This document shows, piece after piece, positions 23,712-30,616 of a DNA stretch of 30,616 bases. A program made the position numbers and the translations under genes. Numbering within the stretch: position 1 is the first letter of the stretch; every line of letters starts with the position of its first letter. The DNA is from Rotaria socialis (Eukaryota). Below the pieces are notes generated by a model. It did not search any database and was not told where the DNA came from. It saw only the letters and a program-made list of their open reading frames with translations. The stretch is taken from contig CAJNYD010000171.1 in NCBI GenBank assembly GCA_905331295.1, positions 62,001 to 92,616 on the forward strand, written 5' to 3'.

Positions 23712-24847
23712 TAGGAACAGTATTATACTGCCAATGATTTTATGTCTACGTCTGACTTGAATCATCATGAGCGATTAACTAGGTTATGTAACATATATCT
23801 AAAAGCGTCAAGGATAATATCATCCTGGATAAATCTCTAAAGGATGTTTATTTTTGATCAATCATTCGATAGTATGCTGATTATTCTGAGATATACATTC
23901 TACTCTTGTGGCTATTGACGATGTGCATGAAAAATACCAAATTCTAGCGAATAAATCATGGTATTGAATCAATTAGTAAGCAACTATATTATAAATAGTT
24001 CCAATTTTCAATGTCTTAAAACCGAACAAAACAAATTCTGCTTCGCTATATAGATGTCCACGTTCATACTTGTTGCTCACTCGATGGGTATAATTTTCGC
24101 AATCCTATTTCTAAAGCCATTTTTTGGAGAATTCGATTTTCAAGATTTTGTACGTACTTGCTAAGGATTGACTAAAGATATATGAATGCATCACATATTA
24201 CTTTCTCCGTATCAACACATAATATATTGCTTTGCTGACGTATATATTTTTCTCTATTGTCTGGTTCATGTCAATCTAATGCATCGCATAATAAATTTGT
24301 CCTTTTCTGTCATAGATTTCAGTGACTTTCTTCTCGATTGTTGTCATTCAATATAGATACACGTAAATGCATCTTCTCCTCTGTAAGTGCTCTCTGCTTT
24401 GTTGTTCTACGTTAATAAATTGATTGTTTTACACATTATATTTAAAAATCGATTAATTGAAATATTTTGAGGAATGACAACACAATTCTGTCATTAATTT
24501 TATTTGACAAACAAGTTACTGCAAGTCCAACAGGAGATTTCACGTTTCTTCAATGGGAAAAAGCATAATCATTAGCGACATCTTTTGATGTTGAATTTCA
24601 TCATAACATCTTCTACGATTGACAAATCGTTCTTCTCCGTACATTTTCTTCTTCTTCTTCTTCTGTTTGTTATCGTTTCTTACATTTAATTTTTCTTGAT
24701 CAACAAACAATAAGAAACGATTGGAAAAAATCTATTGAATTAATATTATATACTTTAAATCATCTTATTTTTTATTCTACAGAAAGTATTCATTATTAAA
24801 TTAATAATCTATTCAGATTCTACTTGTATTCTCCTAAATAATTTTAC

Positions 24848-26409
24848 ATGGATTTTTCGCCTGCATTTAGTGATGTTCATTCACATCAAGTCTGTTGTTC
24901 ATTAATCTTGATTTTTGTTTTCTATTTCTAAACACATCTTTATTTAGAGTGATTTACATTCATCCCCAATGTCTTTACCACCGTCAGCAACACCACGCAG
25001 TGTTGCACCAAAAGAAGAGTCATATACAGTAAACATGGATACATTAACACATCAATATCCACCATTGAGTTCGAGAATAACAACAAACATGGGTCCACCA
25101 CCGTCTGTTTCATCCTATCATCCAAATTCCGTTGCACCATCAACACCATTTTCAGCAGCAACACCATATACGCCACGGCCAGCTGATGTTTCGCATTTAC
25201 AACCAAGTTTACAGTAAATAAAAAGAATCTATTGAATTCTTTTCTCCTATGAATATAAATCTATTTTAGAAATATTGTATCAACAGTTAACCTTGGTTGT
25301 CCATTAGATTTAAAACGTATTGCATTACAAGCTCGTAATGCTGAATATAATCCAAAACGTTTCGCTGCTGTCATTATGCGTATTCGAAATCCACGTACAA
25401 CAGCATTAATATTTGGTTCAGGAAAAATGGTTTGTACTGGCGCTAAAAGTGAAGAAGACTCATTACAAGCTGCACGACGATATGCTCGAGTCATACAAAA
25501 ACTTGGTTTTCCTGTATGATGCTTATTTTAAGATGTTGTTGCTATAAAAAAACAAAATTTTTATTTTTAGGCTAAATTTCGAGATTTTAAAATTCAAAAT
25601 ATGGTTGGCAGCGTTGATGTTAAATTTCCTATTCGATTGGAAGCACTTGTATTAAAACATTATCAATTTTGCAGGTATTATCCTATGCAAATAATGTTTT
25701 GCACAAAGTATTCATTCATTTTTCGGTCACGTGAAAGTCATCCGAAAGTTTTCGCTCTATCCACATATAGATTTTGTTTTCACGAAATATGATGGTGGGA
25801 AACTTTAGCAGAATTAATTTCTCTAGAATACGGTATTGACAAATATCTACTAGTAAAAGTATAAGTTTCATTTTTGGTAAACTGTTTTGCATTTCATAGG
25901 TTTCATACTATTTCAAATTGTTTGCTTCATCGAACGTAAAGATTGTTCTCTTGTATTTATATAAAAAATCGTTGTACACGTTGGAAGATGCCGTAGAAGA
26001 TTAGCTTTTTGTAGTATAGAAGAAATTCTCTCCGTTAATCGAAGATTGTCTGTAAATTTTTCCTTTATTCCGAGATCGAGAATAACTTGTTGCCGAAAAA
26101 TGAATGAACATTTGGTAGGCAGATTTACGTATTCAATGTTCTATATAAGCAAATCTTTGTATTCAACTTTAGTTATGAACCAGAATTATTTCCTGGTTTA
26201 ATCTATCGAATGATGCAACCAAAAATTGTATTACTCATTTTTGTTTCTGGCAAAGTCGTATTAACTGGTATGAGGCAACAACGAATTTTCTTTTTGAATT
26301 ATGTTGAAAGTTGTTTTTCTCTTGATATTTTCTAGGAGCAAAAGTTCGACGAGAAATTCATGAAGCATTTGAACGTATTTATCCAATACTCAAAGGCTTT
26401 CGCAAATAA
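24848..26409 (+). CDS. TBP: TATA-box binding protein, 274 aa, 6 coding exons
   Basis: Exons 24848-24889, 24948-25213, 25270-25513, 25571-25674, 26173-26267, 26336-26409 (825 nt). Core [57 protein letters not shown] and [32 protein letters not shown]. Pro/Ser/Thr-rich N-terminus. Confidence 0.97.
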
Positions 26410-27165
26410 ATTGTTTGTGTGTTGTATAATAATAGCTACGGTGATTTATGTATGTGTGTGTGTACAGAGCTTTCTCTTCATTGCCTGTTTCTTAGTATGC
26501 TATATAAATGTGTGACGACACCATGCAGATTCTGCTTGTCGGCATGTTGTTTTCTTTTTTTATTGATGTTAATAAGGTTAAAGCAAGAGAAGACATAACT
26601 AGATTCGAATTGAATGTTTACTGAACAGACTTCTAAATATATTACTGCAATTTAAAAAAAAACACTATTTTAATTGCTGCAAAATCCAAGGAAATCAAGC
26701 AAGAATTCAATAACTCAGATATTCAATTTTTAATAGTTTAATTTTATTTCTTGATACGAATTGATTGTTCGTTGTGTTAATTTTTGAAGAAAAAAAGAAC
26801 GCTACATTAACAAGTGTCTAGCTATAAAATATTCGACGAAATTAATCATTTTTCAAAAACCTATATTTGGCACATGAACTGTTAGTGTTGCATGAGAAAA
26901 ATATCTTTTCATGTGTAACATGTATCTATAGAATAGATTTTCATTTGGATTATCTTCTATGTTTTTAACACATCGTTTTAAGAATATAATCTCTAGGAAG
27001 TACAGTTAGATAGAAAATGTATTGCATCAACTTTTTGCGTTTGAAATTTCTACACGTCTACATTTCATATAGTAGTTTCTTCATTTTTTTCTTTCTTCTG
27101 TTCTGACACACCAATTGCTTGTGTGTGGTGTAATAGTTGCGATACAATTGGGCAATTTCATATAC

Positions 27166-27172
27166 TATAAAA
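27166..27172 (+). promoter_or_regulatory. Candidate TATA box of the vWA gene
   Basis: TATAAAA about 60 nt upstream of the CAG|GTAAG donor at 27231/27232 that closes a short non-coding first exon. Confidence 0.5.
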
Positions 27173-27298
27173 GCAACGTGCAAACAGTACACAACATCGT
27201 TAGAATAAAAAATAATAAAGCGTCGCTTCAGGTAAGAATTTTTTTTTTGCGTCAGAAGATTTAAGAATGTTTACCTTGATCATATAGATTCGATACTC

Positions 27299-29403
27299 AG
27301 TTCGTTTGTATTTAACTGAGCCAATTACTTTTTACAAATAAAAAGTAAAATATAAAATTAATGTGTGTTATTCATTAAACGTAATATGTTTTCTTTTAGT
27401 GGTACGTAGTCGTGGAACCGCTCGTGGACGGGGTCGTGGTCGAGGTCGAGGCAGTGCTCGAGGTACTAGCCGAGGCAGTGCACGAGGTACTAGCCGAGGC
27501 AGAGGGCGTGGTGCAGCTCGTGGTGGACGTCGGGGAGGTAGTCGAACAGGTTACCAACGACGCTCAAATGCTGATCAACAGCAAGCAACTCCAATTGTTG
27601 ACCTTGATATCAACAATGATCCAAAACCATTTTTTGTCAATGCAAGTGTAACATTAGATCAACATATTCAAGCACAGACAAGCAATTTGTCACGCTATTT
27701 AGCTACACTATTTTCACTTGATTCGAATAGTGTTGAAATAGGCCAAAAAGCTAAAGCTTGTGCACTAGCTGCTGCCTGGTGTCGTCATGACCATAAATTA
27801 GCCAATAATCTCTTGAGACATCGGCGTTTATTTACTCTAACTGAAGTTCTCAAAGCAGTAACCATGCTAGATGCTGCTCGGCAAATTCGTGTTTATGAAA
27901 AAAAACTGAAACGTCTTGAATTGAGCAAAACAAAAACAAAAGCGGTTAAATTAGGAAAAATAAAAAATAACATTGATAATTTAAATAAACTTAAACCAAC
28001 AAGTGGTTCAGCTAGTGGTGCTGTTGCACGACATATTCAACGTTGGACAAAAACATTGACGAAGCAAGAATTAGAATACTTTGCTTTACATATGCCAACG
28101 GAACCATGGAAAAAACTGGCTGATATTGTCCATTTTCATCCAGAAAAGGATTTTCCTGAATTACCATGGTTTCTACCATTCTGTTTTGGTTCACCAGCAC
28201 CAGCTGAAACTATGGTTGCACGTTGTCGAGATATAACAAATGAAAATGTGAATGATTTATTAAAAGAATTTTCTATTCCATATTCACATTTGAAACAATT
28301 TAAAGAGCATTTAAATGAAGCATCGAAAGCTAAAATTGCTGCAAAAGAAGATAAACTCGATACGATTCTATGGTATTATGAAGATCTTCAATGTTCAGCT
28401 GTTGATGAAATTATCAGTGAACGATTACGTGAGGGCGAACAAATTACTTTACCTTATGGTAAATTAATGGAACGTCTTTTACTTTGTCGAATGTTACGAG
28501 ATGGTATATCGTCAACTGCAGGACGATATGGACGCCGCAGTGAAACTCCAGCTGCTTCCAATCAACCATTACATCCGGATAAAGCAAAATTTTATCCAGA
28601 CCTACTGCCAGCAGCACAAGCTCAACTTGAGAAAATCAAACTACCATTAGAATCCCCCGTAGCTGTTATTGGTGATGCGTCAGGTTCAATGGAAGTTGCT
28701 ATTCGTACGGCAACTATTCTTTCGTCACTATTGACGGCAATTTGTTCCGCTAAACTTAACTTCTTCAATGATAAAGTATTCGAAGCAGCTTTTGTCCCGA
28801 AAACTCTTGAAGATGTTCTCTCATTAGCGCTTGTAACAAAAGCTGATGGATCAACAGCAAATGCTGCTGGCCTTGTACCATATTATGATGCTAAAGAAGT
28901 CATCAAAACATTTGTTATGGTTACAGACGAAGAAGAAAATGCTAATGGTACGATAGCTGACGGCTCATCAATGCGATTTTTCGAACTATTTATGAAATAT
29001 CGTGCTGAAGTTTATCCAGCTAAGCTTGTATTTATTTCTTTTCTTTCTCATCAGCATGCTCAAGGTGAAATGTATTCCCAATTTCAAAATGCAAACGTAC
29101 CGGATGTTCTTCAAGTAAGGATATCAAATGAAATATGAACTGTTATTTTTATTGAATTATTTTCTTCTGTTTTGTTTTTAGTTTAAATTCAATCGTGAAC
29201 GCCCTGATCTAACCAAAATCGATAATTTACTTGGTGTTTTATCAACAGGTTCTTCAGCTTCATTTGATACTAATCTCGAACCATTACAAGCAGAATTTCA
29301 ACAAAATGGTATTGAAGCTGTCATAACACGATTAATTGAAAAACAAGATGAAAATTCTATGGCAATGGATATTGATATGGGTAAAACAACAGCTGGAAAT
29401 TAA
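27299..29403 (+). CDS. RGG/RG-rich, helical (TROVE/Ro60-like) plus vWA-MIDAS protein, ~645 aa
   Basis: Main exon 27400-29114, intron 29115-29181, last exon 29182-29403 (FKFNRERPDLTKIDNLLG...AGN*), AATAAA at 29442. MIDAS motifs IGDASGSME, GSTA and VMVTDEEEN. N-terminal RGRGRGRGSARGTSRG repeats. Start modelled as A(27299)+TG(27400). Confidence 0.8.
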
Positions 29404-29835
29404 ATTTTCATCATGCTTTTTTTTTTATAATGAAACCTGCAAATAAAGTTTAAAAAATAGTTTTTGACGCATGAAAAGATATTTTTATAGCGATACTTTA
29501 AATCATGAGTAGAAATTATGATAATTTGTTAGGCATCTTAATTTTAAAAGAATATCAATGTCATAGAGCTTGATGGATGTTTTGGTAATAGAATATCAAT
29601 ATCTGATATCGTATAAATCGGTAGGAATGCATACTTTCAATATTTATCTTTTAAATATTAGGAACCTATTAGACACGAATCAAATCAGATAATCTACTAA
29701 AATGAAATCCATTTCCTGTAGATTACTTTTTTTCGTGGATTTATATCTCTAAAACAAAACGTGAAAAATTATTTCGGGTACATTCTAATTGCGACATCTT
29801 TTCGTGATCAAACTCTTCCGATACTACTACCGTGT

Positions 29836-30220
29836 GGTAAATTCCAGTTTCGCCGTCGATTATTTTCGCCGAATAAAAATCTTGACCGAAAAATATCGAA
29901 TCAAATTTGATCCATTCTAGATATAGAATTTTATCCTAACTAACTACTTTAATAGTGACTTGATTAATTAACCCCATCTGACTTGGTAACCATCTGAGTT
30001 GATAACCCACACACATACCCACACTCACATCTACACCTGTTGGGATCTGTTTAAACAGGGCAACAGATATAATTGACTTGGTTACCAAGTCAGATGGGGT
30101 TAATTAATCAAGTCACTATTAAAGTAGTTAGTTAGGATAAAATTCTATATGTAGTATGGATCAAATTTGATTCGATATTTTTCGGTCAAGATTTTTATTC
30201 GGCGAAGTTGTACTAATTCC
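29836..30220. mobile_element. Foldback-type non-autonomous DNA transposon (Merlin- or MULE-like)
   Basis: 128-bp inverted arms 29865-29992 and 30079-30206 (2 mismatches seen) around an 86-bp spacer. GG...CC termini. Direct repeat taccgtgt at 29828-29835 and 30221-30228 (extendable to 9-10 bp). Confidence 0.88.
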
Positions 30221-30567
30221 TACCGTGTGACACATGAGTCTGACACATTTTAAATTATCGTGTAGAAGCTTGCGTACTCGGAATTCGATGGCTACCGAGA
30301 GGCTCAAAATCGGCACAGAACGAGCGAAAAAATGTATATTAAGTTTGATGTTTACCTATGTTTTGTGCTGTATCTCATAGATTGACGTTTGAAGTAGAGA
30401 AGACAAACAATGTTATAGACATGAAACGAAGAGGGAAACTTTTCTGCGCGATTATCATAATGGTGCATTTTGCTTCTTTAATGTAATTTATCTTCTCTAT
30501 GCATTGTCAATTATTAGGGACACAATTATTCAAAGAATGAGAGCAGATAAGATCGTTTTGTGCGGGC

Positions 30568-30616
30568 GGGGGGGGGGGGGGGGGGGGGGGGGGTGGGGGG
30601 GGGGGGGGGGGGGGGG
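30568..30616. other. Poly-G run at window end, likely a sequencing or assembly artefact
   Basis: About 49 nt of almost pure G in an otherwise AT-rich sequence. Confidence 0.6.

Noticed and set aside
22607..24847. Rab8/TBP head-to-head arrangement as a bidirectional promoter
   Set aside because: The start codons are 2.2 kb apart with repeats in between, and no shared element is visible.
24940..25494. Minus-strand ORFs over TBP
   Set aside because: Antisense shadows of TBP exons.
30568..30616. Poly-G as a G-quadruplex or telomere
   Set aside because: A homopolymer at the sequence end is more simply explained as a sequencing or assembly artefact.

Overview
AT-rich eukaryotic (metazoan) genomic DNA with many ~55-nt spliceosomal introns. 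Intron size, donor usage (GTTTG/GTTCG/GTATG) and gene content suggest a bdelloid rotifer, but this is inference. From left to right: (1) a minus-strand myosin motor gene (class III-like, no kinase seen). Its 15 exons can be traced from ATG 7823 to ...DAEPSFVR at 3502, and the next expected exon (CIKPN) is not in the window. A 204-aa Pro-rich ORF (892..278) lies in that gap and ends on a donor of the same phase, so it may be an alternative first exon for a headless isoform. (2) A ~12-kb accessory region with a decayed axonemal dynein heavy chain fragment, several non-autonomous DNA transposons, and an intact bacterial-type caspase-like (peptidase C14) gene. The C14 gene has a probable GC-AG intron and is bracketed by two related hairpin repeats. 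(3) An 11-exon Rab8-type GTPase head-to-head with a 6-exon TBP gene. (4) An RGG-rich, Ro60/TROVE-like vWA (MIDAS) protein whose start codon appears split by an intron. (5) A foldback element with 128-bp arms and a terminal poly-G run. All gene models were read manually from splice signals and frame, with no database search.
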